Positions 47,629 through 60,106 of a stretch of DNA of 64,000 nt are shown piece after piece. A model generated the notes under the pieces. It was not told the origin of the DNA and made no database searches. It saw only the letters and a program-made list of their open reading frames with translations. This DNA comes from Candidatus Latescibacterota bacterium (GTDB lineage Bacteria > Latescibacterota > UBA2968 > UBA8231). A program made the translations under genes and the position numbers. The stretch covers positions 480,001 through 544,000 of the forward strand of contig OZ244561.1 of NCBI GenBank assembly GCA_965217585.1. The letters are read 5' to 3'. The number at the start of each line of letters is the position of its first letter. Position 1 is the stretch's first letter.

Positions 47629-48762
47629 ATGCCCGATCGTCCCACACTCATCATCGACGGCCACCTCGACTTGGCCTTCAACGCCCTGCACCACCGTCGC
47701 GACCTCACCCAAGACATCCATGTCCTGCGCGAGCGCGAAGACCCCAAACCCCCTGGCCCTTCGCATCCCGACTCGCTGCGCGACAGAAAGCGTCCCGAAA
47801 GCTCTTCGCGCGGCACTGCCACCGTATCCCTGCCGCAAATGCGCCAAGGCTGCGTCGGGATCGCGCTCTCAACCATTATGTGCCGAGTGCAGATGCCCAC
47901 CGGCATCCTCGACGACGGCATGAGAACTCAAGATGCGGCCCACGCCGTCGGCCAAGCGCATCTGCACTATTACAAAGCGCTAGAACACGAGGGCCAACTG
48001 CGCTTCATCCGCGACCCAACTGAACTCGACGCGGCCATCGCCGCTTGGCAAAACCCCGACCAAACGACTCCGATCGGCCTGATTCTGAGCATGGAAAGCG
48101 CCGATCCCATCCTTGGCCCCGAGCAAGTAAGCTGGTGGTGGGAGCAGGGCCTGCGCTCGGTTGGGCTGACGCATTTTGGTGCCAATACCTGGGGGCACGG
48201 CACCGGCACCCGAGGCGGGTTATACGCCGATGCCTATCCCCTGCTCGACGCCCTCGCCGCAACGAACATCGCCCTTGACCTGACCCACGCCTCGGACTTG
48301 GTCTTCTGGCAGCTTTTGGACTACTGGTCGGGGCCGGTCCACGCCAGCCACTGCAATTGCCGCGCCCTCGTCCCCGGCCAGCGCCACCTCAGCGACGAGA
48401 TGATCCAAGCCATCGCCGAGCGCGGCGGCGTCATCGGCGCGGTCTTCGCCGAATTCATGCTCAATCCCGAGATCGACTTCGACGACCCAGCGACCTATCC
48501 GCAAACCGCCCGCCGCCCCATGTCGGCCGTCGTTGATCACATTGACCACATCTGCCAGCTCGTCGGCAACTGCAACCATGTCGCCATTGGCTCCGACCTC
48601 GATGGCGGCTTCGGGCGCGAAATGGCCCCCATTGACTACGACACCATTGCCGACTTGCAGCGCTTCCTCGACATCCTCGACCGGCGAGGCTACTCGACCA
48701 ACGACATTGCGGCCATAGCCCACGGCAACCTCTCTCGCTTCTTCCGCCAAGCCTGGAGCTAA
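47629..48762 (+). CDS. Membrane dipeptidase (peptidase M19) paralog 1
   Basis: DGHLD, ESAD, DLTH, ASH.N.RA, HIDHI, GSDLDG. Confidence 0.9.
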   Translation: MPDRPTLIIDGHLDLAFNALHHRRDLTQDIHVLREREDPKPPGPSHPDSLRDRKRPESSSRGTATVSLPQMRQGCVGIALSTIMCRVQMPTGILDDGMRTQDAAHAVGQAHLHYYKALEHEGQLRFIRDPTELDAAIAAWQNPDQTTPIGLILSMESADPILGPEQVSWWWEQGLRSVGLTHFGANTWGHGTGTRGGLYADAYPLLDALAATNIALDLTHASDLVFWQLLDYWSGPVHASHCNCRALVPGQRHLSDEMIQAIAERGGVIGAVFAEFMLNPEIDFDDPATYPQTARRPMSAVVDHIDHICQLVGNCNHVAIGSDLDGGFGREMAPIDYDTIADLQRFLDILDRRGYSTNDIAAIAHGNLSRFFRQAWS

Positions 48763-48767
48763 TACTA

Positions 48768-49856
48768 ATGACCGACGCGCGCCCGCTGATCCTCGACAGC
48801 CACCTCGATCTAGCTTTTTCCGCCCTGCAAATCAACCGCGACCTGACGCAAAAGGCGACCACCGTGCGCGTCCATGACTCGGTGCAGACTATGGAGGGCT
48901 TCGGCTCCTGTACGGTGACCTTCCCCGAGCTGCGCCGTGGCAAGGTCGGGCTCTTCTGCGGCACGGTGATGTCGCGCCTAGACCAAGGCGACCGCTGGAC
49001 CCGCACCGGCATGTACTGCCAAGCCCAGTGCCACGGCGTCGGCCGCGGGCACTGGGCGTACTACCAAGCACTCGAACGCGCGGGTTTGCTCCGCTTAGTC
49101 AAAAGCATCGCGGATCTAGACGAAACCATCGCCGCCTGGCAAAACCCCGACCCGACGACCCCGTTCGGCCTGATCCTCGCCATGGAGAGCGCCGACCCCA
49201 TTTTAGGCCCCGACCAAGTGCCCGAGTGGCGCGAACTCGGCTTGCGCCTAGTGTCGATCTCGCATTACGGCACCAGCACCTACTCGCACGGCACCGGCAC
49301 CGAAGGCGGGCTGCTGCCGCCGGCCAAACCCCTGCTCGACGCGCTCCAAGCGGCCGGCATCATCATCGACTTGACCCATTTGACCGACCAAGCCCACTGG
49401 GAGCTTTTGGAAGTGTACGACGGTCCGGTCTGCGCTTCGCACCACAATTGTCGCGCCTTGGTCCCCGGTCAGCGCCAGCTCACCGACGAAATGATCCGCT
49501 CCATCGCCGAGCGCGATGGGGTCATCGGCACGGCCTTCGACGCCTGGATGCTCGACCCAGGCTGGCAGCGCAAAGTCCCCGCCTTTGAACAACTGACCAG
49601 CGCCACCTTGGAAACCATCGCCGACCACATCGACCACATCAGCCAGCTTTTGGGCACTTCGCGCCACTGCGGCATTGGCACCGATCTCGACGGCGGCTTC
49701 GGCACCGAGCAAGCCCCGCGCGACCTCAATACCATCGCCGATCTGCAAAAACTCCAACCCATCCTCGCGCGCCGCGGCTACTCGCCAGCAGACATCGCAG
49801 GGATTTTCTCCGGCAACTGGATACGGTTTTTTAAGGATGTATGGAACCATCCGTAG
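48768..49856 (+). CDS. Membrane dipeptidase (peptidase M19) paralog 2
   Basis: DSHLD, ESAD, DLTH, ASHHN, HIDHI, GTDLDG, GNWIR. Confidence 0.9.
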   Translation: MTDARPLILDSHLDLAFSALQINRDLTQKATTVRVHDSVQTMEGFGSCTVTFPELRRGKVGLFCGTVMSRLDQGDRWTRTGMYCQAQCHGVGRGHWAYYQALERAGLLRLVKSIADLDETIAAWQNPDPTTPFGLILAMESADPILGPDQVPEWRELGLRLVSISHYGTSTYSHGTGTEGGLLPPAKPLLDALQAAGIIIDLTHLTDQAHWELLEVYDGPVCASHHNCRALVPGQRQLTDEMIRSIAERDGVIGTAFDAWMLDPGWQRKVPAFEQLTSATLETIADHIDHISQLLGTSRHCGIGTDLDGGFGTEQAPRDLNTIADLQKLQPILARRGYSPADIAGIFSGNWIRFFKDVWNHP

Positions 49857-49880
49857 GGGCGACCGGCCGGTCGCCCCTAC
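49853..49880. repeat. GTAG-type REP-like perfect palindrome
   Basis: gtaggggcgaccggccggtcgcccctac, a 28 bp perfect palindrome. Confidence 0.75.
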
Positions 49881-50061
49881 ATCGCCCAAATCGGCCCGAA
49901 TCGACATTGTATTTCATCTCATTTACAATTTCACACCCATTTAACCCACAAAATCGCCCCAATTTCAAATTCCGCCTTGCTTTTATTGCACAAATATCCG
50001 ATACTTTTCGTTTTAGATAAACATAATTAACTCAAACTATCCATCTCAGGGAGAAATTGAC

Positions 50062-51780
50062 ATGGCGAGAGGAGCCGACAAAGTCATCGAAGCACTCGAC
50101 CGCTTCGGCGTCGAGTACGTCTTCGGCCATCCGGGCGGCGCGGCCATGCCCATCTTCGACGCGCTGCTCAACTCCGAGCAGATCCGCTTCGTCCTCACCC
50201 GGCACGAGCAAGGCGCGACCCACATGGCCGACGGCTACGCCCGCGCCACCGGCAAGCCCGGCGTCGTCCTCGTAACCTCCGGCCCTGGGGCTACCAACAC
50301 CATCACCGGCCTGCTAACTGCGCTGATGGATTCCTCGCCCGTCATCGCCCTCACTGGCCAAACTGTCACCCCCATGCTCGGCAAAGACGCCTTTCAGGAG
50401 GCCGATGTCTTCGGCATCTCTATGCCGGTGGTCAAGCACTCCTATCTAGTGAGAGACCCCAACGACATCCCCCGCGTGATGACCGAGGCATTCCACATCG
50501 CCACCACTGGCCGCCAAGGGCCGGTGCTCGTCGATCTGCCCAAAGACGTCACCCAAGGCGACCCCTTCCCCGGATGCACCGCTGACTTTCCTGAGAAGGT
50601 GTACTTGCCTGGTTACACTTGGCAGGCCAAGCCCTCGCTCGAGCTACTCGAAGAAGCAGCCGCCCTTCTGCGCGAAAGCAAGCGTCCCCTGCTCTACTTG
50701 GGTGGCGGCTGCATTGCCTCGGGCGCTCACGAGGCGGCCAAGGCCTTTGCCGAAAAGACGCGAATGCCGGTGACCAACACCCTGCTCGGCAAGGGGGCGT
50801 TCCCCGAGCAGCACGCGCTCTCGGTGGGTATGCTCGGCATGCACGGCACGGCCTACGCCAACAAAGCCGTCGTCGGCTGCGACCTGATTATGTCGGTGGG
50901 TGGGCGCTGGGACGACCGAATTACTGGCAAGCTCGCGGAATTCTGCCCGGATGCCAAAAAGATTCACATCGACATCGATCCAGCCGAATACGGCAAAGTG
51001 GTCATGCCCGACGTTTTTATCGAGGGCGATGCGCGTCAAGTGCTCGAAGAGCTAGTCAACCATGTCGAGCCGATTGACACGGCAGCCTGGCTGGCCCAAA
51101 TCGACGAGTGGAAGACGAAATACCCGCTCAAATACGGCAAGCGCGGCGGCCTCAAGATGCAGGCTATCATCGACCGCCTGTACGAGCTGACCGCCGGCCG
51201 CGCCGTGGTGACCACCGATGTCGGCCAGCACCAGATGTGGGCAGCCCAGTTCTACAAGACGGCGCACCACCGCCAGTGGCTATCTTCCGGCGGCGCTGGC
51301 ACCATGGGCTTTGGCTTCCCCGCGGCCGTCGGGGCCCAATTCGGTCGCCCCGAAGAGACCGTGGTCGCCATCTGCGGCGACGGCGGCTTCCAGATGACCC
51401 TGTGCGAGTTGGCCACCGCCGTCATCCATCGGCTGCCGATTAAGATCCTAGTCCTCGACAACAAGTACCTGGGGATGGTCCGTCAGTGGCAGAATCTCTT
51501 TTTTGACAATCGGCTCTCCGGCGTCGATCTAGAGGGCAACCCCGACTTTTGCAAGCTCGCCGAAGCCTACGGGGCCAAGGGCTTTCGCATCAGGCGCACC
51601 GCTGATATCGACAAGATCCTCAAGCAGGCTCTTGACTACGACGAAGGCCCCTGCGTCATCCACGCCGAATGCGAGAAAGAAGACAACGTCTTCCCGATGA
51701 TCCCCGCCGGGGCCGCGCTTACCGACATGCTGGTCGAGGCCCCCAAGCAGCAATTGGCCCAACCCAAAGGGAGCACCTAA
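50062..51780 (+). CDS. ilvB: Acetolactate synthase large subunit
   Basis: FGHPGG, RHEQGA, TSGPGATN, GMLGMHG, DVGQHQMW, GDGGFQM. Confidence 0.95.
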   Translation: MARGADKVIEALDRFGVEYVFGHPGGAAMPIFDALLNSEQIRFVLTRHEQGATHMADGYARATGKPGVVLVTSGPGATNTITGLLTALMDSSPVIALTGQTVTPMLGKDAFQEADVFGISMPVVKHSYLVRDPNDIPRVMTEAFHIATTGRQGPVLVDLPKDVTQGDPFPGCTADFPEKVYLPGYTWQAKPSLELLEEAAALLRESKRPLLYLGGGCIASGAHEAAKAFAEKTRMPVTNTLLGKGAFPEQHALSVGMLGMHGTAYANKAVVGCDLIMSVGGRWDDRITGKLAEFCPDAKKIHIDIDPAEYGKVVMPDVFIEGDARQVLEELVNHVEPIDTAAWLAQIDEWKTKYPLKYGKRGGLKMQAIIDRLYELTAGRAVVTTDVGQHQMWAAQFYKTAHHRQWLSSGGAGTMGFGFPAAVGAQFGRPEETVVAICGDGGFQMTLCELATAVIHRLPIKILVLDNKYLGMVRQWQNLFFDNRLSGVDLEGNPDFCKLAEAYGAKGFRIRRTADIDKILKQALDYDEGPCVIHAECEKEDNVFPMIPAGAALTDMLVEAPKQQLAQPKGST

Positions 51781-52358
51781 TGTCCACCGCTGCCATTCAC
51801 TTTGCTGCCGCAGATCTCAACGCCCGCCAAGAGGCTGTGGACGCGCCACAACTCAAGCCGACCGAACCCCAGCAGAAGACCACCATCGGCCTGTTGGTCA
51901 ACGACCGCCCCGGCGTGCTGGTACGCATCGCCCAGTGTTTTGCTCGCCGCGCCTACAATATCGAGAACCTAGTCGTCTCGCCGGCCCATATCCCCCAATG
52001 CTCGCGCATGACCATCACCAGTATTGGGCCGGCTGCCGAGTTGAATCAGATCATCCTTCAGCTCAACAAGTTAGTCGACGTCATCCACGCCAAGGACCAC
52101 TCGACCGACGATGCCATCACCCGCGAATTGGCTCTCTTCAAGGTCGGCTGCTCGGTCGCCGAGCGCACCGAAGTCTTGCAGATTACCGAGGTTTTCCGCG
52201 GCAAGACGGTCGATATCTCGGAGTCCACCATCACCATCGAGGCCACTGGCACCACCGAGAAGATGGACGCGCTCGAATCGCTCTTGAGCAAATTCGACCT
52301 CAGGGAAATGGTTCGCACGGGCAAGGTAGTGATGGCCCGCGGCAACGAGCCGACATGA
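51780..52358 (+). CDS. ilvN: Acetolactate synthase small (ACT) subunit
   Basis: TAATG coupling; PGVLVRI..CFARRAYNI, QLNKL.DV, RELAL.KV, EMVRTG. Confidence 0.93.
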   Translation: MSTAAIHFAAADLNARQEAVDAPQLKPTEPQQKTTIGLLVNDRPGVLVRIAQCFARRAYNIENLVVSPAHIPQCSRMTITSIGPAAELNQIILQLNKLVDVIHAKDHSTDDAITRELALFKVGCSVAERTEVLQITEVFRGKTVDISESTITIEATGTTEKMDALESLLSKFDLREMVRTGKVVMARGNEPT

Positions 52359-52390
52359 AAAAAGGGGGACAGGCATCGCCCGTCCCCCTT
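52358..52390 (-). terminator. Intrinsic (probably bidirectional) terminator between ilvN and the TonB receptor
   Basis: aaaaaagggggac-loop-gtccccctt; the U-tail lies on the minus strand. Confidence 0.75.
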
Positions 52391-52409
52391 CTGCCTGCTG
52401 TATCCTCCC

Positions 52410-55286
52410 TTAAAACGCCACGCCCAATTGCCCAAAGACCAAGCGGCCGATCTCCGGTGCCCCAATAAAGGTGCGGTGCTTGGTGTCGAGCGCGTTGGAA
52501 ACATCCACCCCGAGCCGCAGGTTGTTCCCGAACGGCAGCAGATAACTCGCGTTCAAATCGAGTAGTGAGTACGCGTCCACATCCCCGACGAACACGCCCG
52601 ACTCCTGGCGAAACGCTCCCACGTAGCGCCACTGCGCCCCTAGGGTTAGTTGCGGTTGGTCGAGGGTATAAGACGTGCCTAGCTTGTATTTGTTGCCCGG
52701 CGCGTTGAGCGCTATGTCGGCGATTCCATCGACTTTCTCAAATAAAGTATTATCGACATAAGAATAGCTGCCCGTTAGCGACCATTGGTCGCTGGGGAAA
52801 TAGGCTAGGTTCACATCCAGCCCATTAAGGGATATCTCGCCGAAGTTGCGATAGGTCAACATCACCGCCGTCGGGTCGTAGGCCTGCTCCGGTGTAACTG
52901 TGCCAAACGGTATGCTCGCGGCCCCACCGGCAAACAAAGTGACAATTTCATCCACCGGCGAGCCATTGCCGTTGCCAGATAAGGTGCCCGGGACCTGCAT
53001 CTTGTCGAGCGGGGCGACCGCCGCGGCCAACTCTGCATTCTCGGCCAGCGCCTCGCCAATGCTAGCACCTAGCGCCGCTCCGAGGCTAGCCGGATCTAGA
53101 AAGACATTGGGCGTCTGTACCTGAATCGGAGAGACGAAATCCTTTATCCGAGTGTGATACAGGTCGGCCGCCACCACCAGCTTCTCACCGATCACCCCCT
53201 TGTAGCCCAATTCAAAGGTCTCGGTAGTCGTCGAGCGGGTCAGCGGCACGTCGACAACATCGGCTACCGGATCAAAGGGGGCCGAATCGCCAGCAGCCAC
53301 CTTCTCGAGGTTGAGCTTGAGCAGGGCGTTGTCCAACCCCGTCAGTTGTTCGGGCACTAGCCCAGCTAAACCGCCCAATAGCTGCTGGGCGGCTTCCTCA
53401 GCCGCTGCTTGGTCCAGCCCCTCTTTCAGTACCCCTATCTGGGTCGCCGCTAGTCCCATAAAAAGCGGAGTATTGAGTCTGCTCAACACGCCGCTGCGCC
53501 CCAAACCCCACATCACATTGGTAAAAACCGGATCCCCCAAATCGATGAAGTCGGCCGGATCCATCCCCGCCACCGGCGCAAAGGGCGAGCGGAACTGCGG
53601 CCGGCCATTACCCGAGCGAGCAAAGGTCCAGCCGCCGGCAAAGCCCTCGCGATAGGTTCCCTGCGCCCGCACGTCAATAGCCGGCGCAAACCCCAGCGAC
53701 GGCGCAAAAGCCGCGCCAATGCCGAAGGCATCCTGGCTGGAGCGGATGTCCAAATAGAGGTTGTTGCTCGACGGAGTTGCAAAGGCGTGGTTGTACGTCA
53801 GCCGCAGGATCTGGGTCTCCTGCGGCTTGAAGACCAGCCCGACGCGCGGCGAGATTTCGCCTTCGGGAATGCGGTTGTGGTCGTCGTAGCGCAGGGCCAC
53901 CACCAAGTCGAGCATCTCGTTCAGGGCCGTCTCGCTCTGCACGTAAGCCCCGAATTCATTGGTCTGATCGTAGTCTTCGTTCCCGCCGGTGATGGTCCCC
54001 TCAGTATCGGGCCGCGTCAGCAGCACATCGGCCCCGTACGTAAAGCGCTGCCGAACCCCCAACACCGCGGAGTGCTGGACCTGGAACGCGGTCAGCTTAG
54101 ATTTATCGACGACCGACTGGCCATCGCGCAGGGTAAAGGTTTCGCCGGCGTCGCTCCCGTTCTGGAAGACCTGGGCGAACCAATTCTTGTACAGCAGGCG
54201 CAGCTGGACGTAGTTGTACTCCCAGTCTTGGGCTTGGCCAGCCCCTAGGCCGGTCAATTCGATCTGGTTACCCTTATTGTAGCCAGCCGCCAAAATGGCC
54301 GTCAACTCGTCCGTGGCCCGGTAATCCAAGCGCGCTTCGGTGCTCTGACGCTCAATGTCAAAACTGCGCGGTTTGATGGCTGGATTGGCGGCCCTAGCCC
54401 GCACCTCTTCCGGGTCTTCGTATTCCCAGTCCATCCCCGTATAGTGCTGGGCCGAAACCTTGTAGCCGAGGCGGTCGCCAGCAGCCCCGGCGTGGCGCAC
54501 GGACACTTGGCGCACGCTGCGCTCGCCCAACCCCACTTGCGCACTGGTCCCCGCCGAACTAAACGGAGAACGGGTGATGATATGCATCACGCCGTTGGCG
54601 CTATTGGGTCCGTAGAGCGCCGACCCCGGCCCCAACACCACCTCGATGCGCTCGATATCGTCGTTGGTCACCGGAATGAAGTTGTAGGCATTCAAGCGCA
54701 GCGAAGGGACGCGGGCGATGCGATTATCGGTCAGCGTCAGCAGTGCGCCCGAAAAAACATTGTTGAAGCCCCGCACAACCACATTGCTCTGCGCCAAGCC
54801 GGTCTGGGAAAAGTCCACCCCCGGCAGGTCGCGGACGTGCTCGACGACGCTGAGTGCCGGCCGATTGCGAATCTCATGGGCCTCGACCACCGCCACCGAG
54901 GCCGGAGCTTCGAGGACTTTTTCCTGCCGCCGCGAGGCCGAGACTACGTTCTGGTCGAGGAAGATGATCCCCGTCTCCAACGTCAGCATTAGCTCCTGCT
55001 CACCACCGACGATGCCAACGCCTTCTCGCATCAGGGACCGATAGCCAATATGCGTGACGTCGAGCTGATACTCGCCGATCGGCAGCCCCTCTAAGCGGAA
55101 GCGACCGTCTTCGTCGGTGGCCGTGCCTATCTTGCCGCCCGGCAGCAGGTCGCCGATGAGAACGATGTTGGCACCGGGGATGGCGTCGCCTTCCGGCCCC
55201 TTCACGACACCGGAAAGCGTCCCCTCTGCGCCGAAGGCGACGCCCGCCCACAGCACGAAGGCATATACTAGCAGCTTGTATCTCAT
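52410..55286 (-). CDS. TonB-dependent receptor with N-terminal carboxypeptidase-regulatory-like domain
   Basis: VVSASR..EK..EAPASV, VRGFN, IERIEVVLGPGSALYG.N; C-terminal NALD...GR..F. Confidence 0.93.
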   Translation of the reverse strand: MRYKLLVYAFVLWAGVAFGAEGTLSGVVKGPEGDAIPGANIVLIGDLLPGGKIGTATDEDGRFRLEGLPIGEYQLDVTHIGYRSLMREGVGIVGGEQELMLTLETGIIFLDQNVVSASRRQEKVLEAPASVAVVEAHEIRNRPALSVVEHVRDLPGVDFSQTGLAQSNVVVRGFNNVFSGALLTLTDNRIARVPSLRLNAYNFIPVTNDDIERIEVVLGPGSALYGPNSANGVMHIITRSPFSSAGTSAQVGLGERSVRQVSVRHAGAAGDRLGYKVSAQHYTGMDWEYEDPEEVRARAANPAIKPRSFDIERQSTEARLDYRATDELTAILAAGYNKGNQIELTGLGAGQAQDWEYNYVQLRLLYKNWFAQVFQNGSDAGETFTLRDGQSVVDKSKLTAFQVQHSAVLGVRQRFTYGADVLLTRPDTEGTITGGNEDYDQTNEFGAYVQSETALNEMLDLVVALRYDDHNRIPEGEISPRVGLVFKPQETQILRLTYNHAFATPSSNNLYLDIRSSQDAFGIGAAFAPSLGFAPAIDVRAQGTYREGFAGGWTFARSGNGRPQFRSPFAPVAGMDPADFIDLGDPVFTNVMWGLGRSGVLSRLNTPLFMGLAATQIGVLKEGLDQAAAEEAAQQLLGGLAGLVPEQLTGLDNALLKLNLEKVAAGDSAPFDPVADVVDVPLTRSTTTETFELGYKGVIGEKLVVAADLYHTRIKDFVSPIQVQTPNVFLDPASLGAALGASIGEALAENAELAAAVAPLDKMQVPGTLSGNGNGSPVDEIVTLFAGGAASIPFGTVTPEQAYDPTAVMLTYRNFGEISLNGLDVNLAYFPSDQWSLTGSYSYVDNTLFEKVDGIADIALNAPGNKYKLGTSYTLDQPQLTLGAQWRYVGAFRQESGVFVGDVDAYSLLDLNASYLLPFGNNLRLGVDVSNALDTKHRTFIGAPEIGRLVFGQLGVAF

Positions 55287-55484
55287 AGTTACATCCTCCG
55301 GTATTATATCCTCGATTTTGCCCCATAATGTATCCCCAAGTACCCGATCTCGCTACCCTAATGAGCAAACGGGCTTTGCGTTAACGCTAACTCGGATGCA
55401 AACCCCTTCTTCTATTGATTCCCCACGTCTCCATTGCGTATTTTCCCAGCCTAAATTCACCTATGCCATCGGAGACTCAATTTC

Positions 55485-56504
55485 ATGTCGGACAAACTCA
55501 AGCTCGCCTTTATTGGCTGCGGTGCCATCGCTCGCTTTCACCTCGATGGCATCAAGGGCCACGCTCCCCGCATCGATGTCACCGCGTTAGTCGATCTCGA
55601 CGAATCCAAAGCCCAAACCTACGCCGCTGAAACCGGCGGGCAGGCCTTCACTTCGCTCGACGAAGCGCTCAAAACGGGCGACTTCGACGCCGTCGATATC
55701 ATGTTGCCCCACGACCTGCACGAACCCATCGCCCTCCAGTGCTTCGCCGCCGGCAAGCACGTACTCTTAGAAAAACCCATGGCCCCCACCCTCGACGCCT
55801 GCGACCGCATTCTCGCCGCCGCCCGCGAGGCCCCGGGCGTCTTCATGGTTGCCGAAAACAGCCAGTACTGGCCCGAAATTGTCGAGGCCCAAAAGCACCT
55901 TACCGCCGGAGCCATCGGCGAGATCATCACCGCTCGCGCGGCCTTTGTCTATCCTTTTGATGACTACTGGTTCAAAGAAGAGCGGCCCTGGCGCTACGAA
56001 AAGGGACGCACCGGCGGCGGCATCGCCATCGACGGCGGCTCGCACTGGATCCGGCCCTTGCGCATGTGGATGGGCGAAATCAAAGAGGTGGTCGGCGTGC
56101 TGGGGCACCCGCTGGCGCAAATGGAGGGCGAGTCCCTCGCCCGCGCACTCTTCCGCTTTGACTCGGGCAAGACCGCCATCTTCGACGCCATGATGATCGA
56201 CACGGTCTTTGCCCCCGATCCTTGGTGGCGAATCACCGGTACCAAGGGCGAACTGACCATCAACGCCGGACTCGACGGTGCCGAACTGTGGCTGTGGGAC
56301 GCAGACCATCCCGAGGGCAAGCGGCTCTTTGCGAGCCCAGGCTACACCGAGTCCTTTGGGCCGGAGCTAGCCGATTTTGCCGCCGCCGTCCTCGACGGCA
56401 AGGCCCCGGACGCGCCGCCGGAACACGCTCTCGGCGAGCTGCGCACGGCCTTGGCTATCTATCGCTCGGCCGCCAGCCAGCGGTGGGAGAAGGTGTGGGC
56501 GTAA
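55485..56504 (+). CDS. Gfo/Idh/MocA oxidoreductase
   Basis: IGCGAIA..H, GKHVLLEKPM, GGG..IDGGSH. Confidence 0.92.
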   Translation: MSDKLKLAFIGCGAIARFHLDGIKGHAPRIDVTALVDLDESKAQTYAAETGGQAFTSLDEALKTGDFDAVDIMLPHDLHEPIALQCFAAGKHVLLEKPMAPTLDACDRILAAAREAPGVFMVAENSQYWPEIVEAQKHLTAGAIGEIITARAAFVYPFDDYWFKEERPWRYEKGRTGGGIAIDGGSHWIRPLRMWMGEIKEVVGVLGHPLAQMEGESLARALFRFDSGKTAIFDAMMIDTVFAPDPWWRITGTKGELTINAGLDGAELWLWDADHPEGKRLFASPGYTESFGPELADFAAAVLDGKAPDAPPEHALGELRTALAIYRSAASQRWEKVWA

Positions 56505-56507
56505 TGC

Positions 56508-56536
56508 TTGCACGAACCTCTCCTTTGGGATATATT
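56508..56536 (+). promoter_or_regulatory. Sigma70-type promoter for the ppdK-parAB operon
   Basis: TTGCAC-17 bp-TATATT. Confidence 0.6.
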
Positions 56537-56692
56537 CAGCCCTGCGAGGTAGTCCCTCGAAGCACCGAGCATGTTCGACCCTTGGATTCTTCCCAACACC
56601 CAATCGCCCCCCTTTTCAATCTCAGCGGCAAAGGCTGTCAAGGCCGAGATGCCCTCTCGATTCAAAACGCATTTATATAGAATAGGAAAGAA

Positions 56693-59329
<2,637 letters not shown>

Positions 59330-59338
59330 GCTTCTGCC

Positions 59339-60106
59339 ATGAGTCGGGTCATCGCCATATCCAATCAAAAAGGAGGGGTCGGCAAGACTACCACAGCCGT
59401 CAACTTGGCGGCCAGCCTCGCCGTGGCCGAGCAAAAGACCCTGCTCATCGACATGGATCCGCAAGCCAACGCCACCTCTGGCTGCGGTTTTCAGAACAGC
59501 AAGGAAGTCGAAGCGGCCAATATCTACCACGCGCTGATCGGGCAACAGGAGACCGCCGAGGTCACCTACGAGACCAAGATATCCTTCCTGTCCTTGATTC
59601 CCTCGCACATCAACCTGACGGGTGCCGAGGTCGAGATGGTCAACATGATCGCCCGCGAGCAGAAGTTAGACGGGCTGCTCGACCAAGTCCGCGACCAGTA
59701 CGCCTATATCATTCTCGACTGTCCGCCCTCTTTGGGGCTGCTGACCCTCAACGCCCTGACCGCGGCCGACTCGGTGATGATACCTATTCAGTGCGAGTAT
59801 TACGCGCTAGAGGGCCTCGGCCGACTGCTCAATAGCGTGCGCCAGATCCAACGCCACCTCAACCCCAAGCTCCAAATCGCCGGCGTCCTACTCACCATGT
59901 TCGACGGGCGCTTGAACCTATCGCGCCAAGTGTCTTCAGAGGTCAAGTCCTACTTCGGCAACAAGGTTTACAAGACCTCCATCAGCCGCAACGTGCGCCT
60001 AGCCGAGGCCCCTAGCCACGGCCAACCCATCGTGCTCTACGACATCTTGTCGCAGGGATCTCAGGATTACATGAGCCTTGCAGGAGAAGTAATCGACCAT
60101 GGGTAA
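59339..60106 (+). CDS. parA: Chromosome partitioning ATPase ParA/Soj
   Basis: NQKGGVGKTTT, DPQANAT, DCPPSLG, QCEYYALEGL, RNVRLAEAPSHG. Confidence 0.95.
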   Translation: MSRVIAISNQKGGVGKTTTAVNLAASLAVAEQKTLLIDMDPQANATSGCGFQNSKEVEAANIYHALIGQQETAEVTYETKISFLSLIPSHINLTGAEVEMVNMIAREQKLDGLLDQVRDQYAYIILDCPPSLGLLTLNALTAADSVMIPIQCEYYALEGLGRLLNSVRQIQRHLNPKLQIAGVLLTMFDGRLNLSRQVSSEVKSYFGNKVYKTSISRNVRLAEAPSHGQPIVLYDILSQGSQDYMSLAGEVIDHG

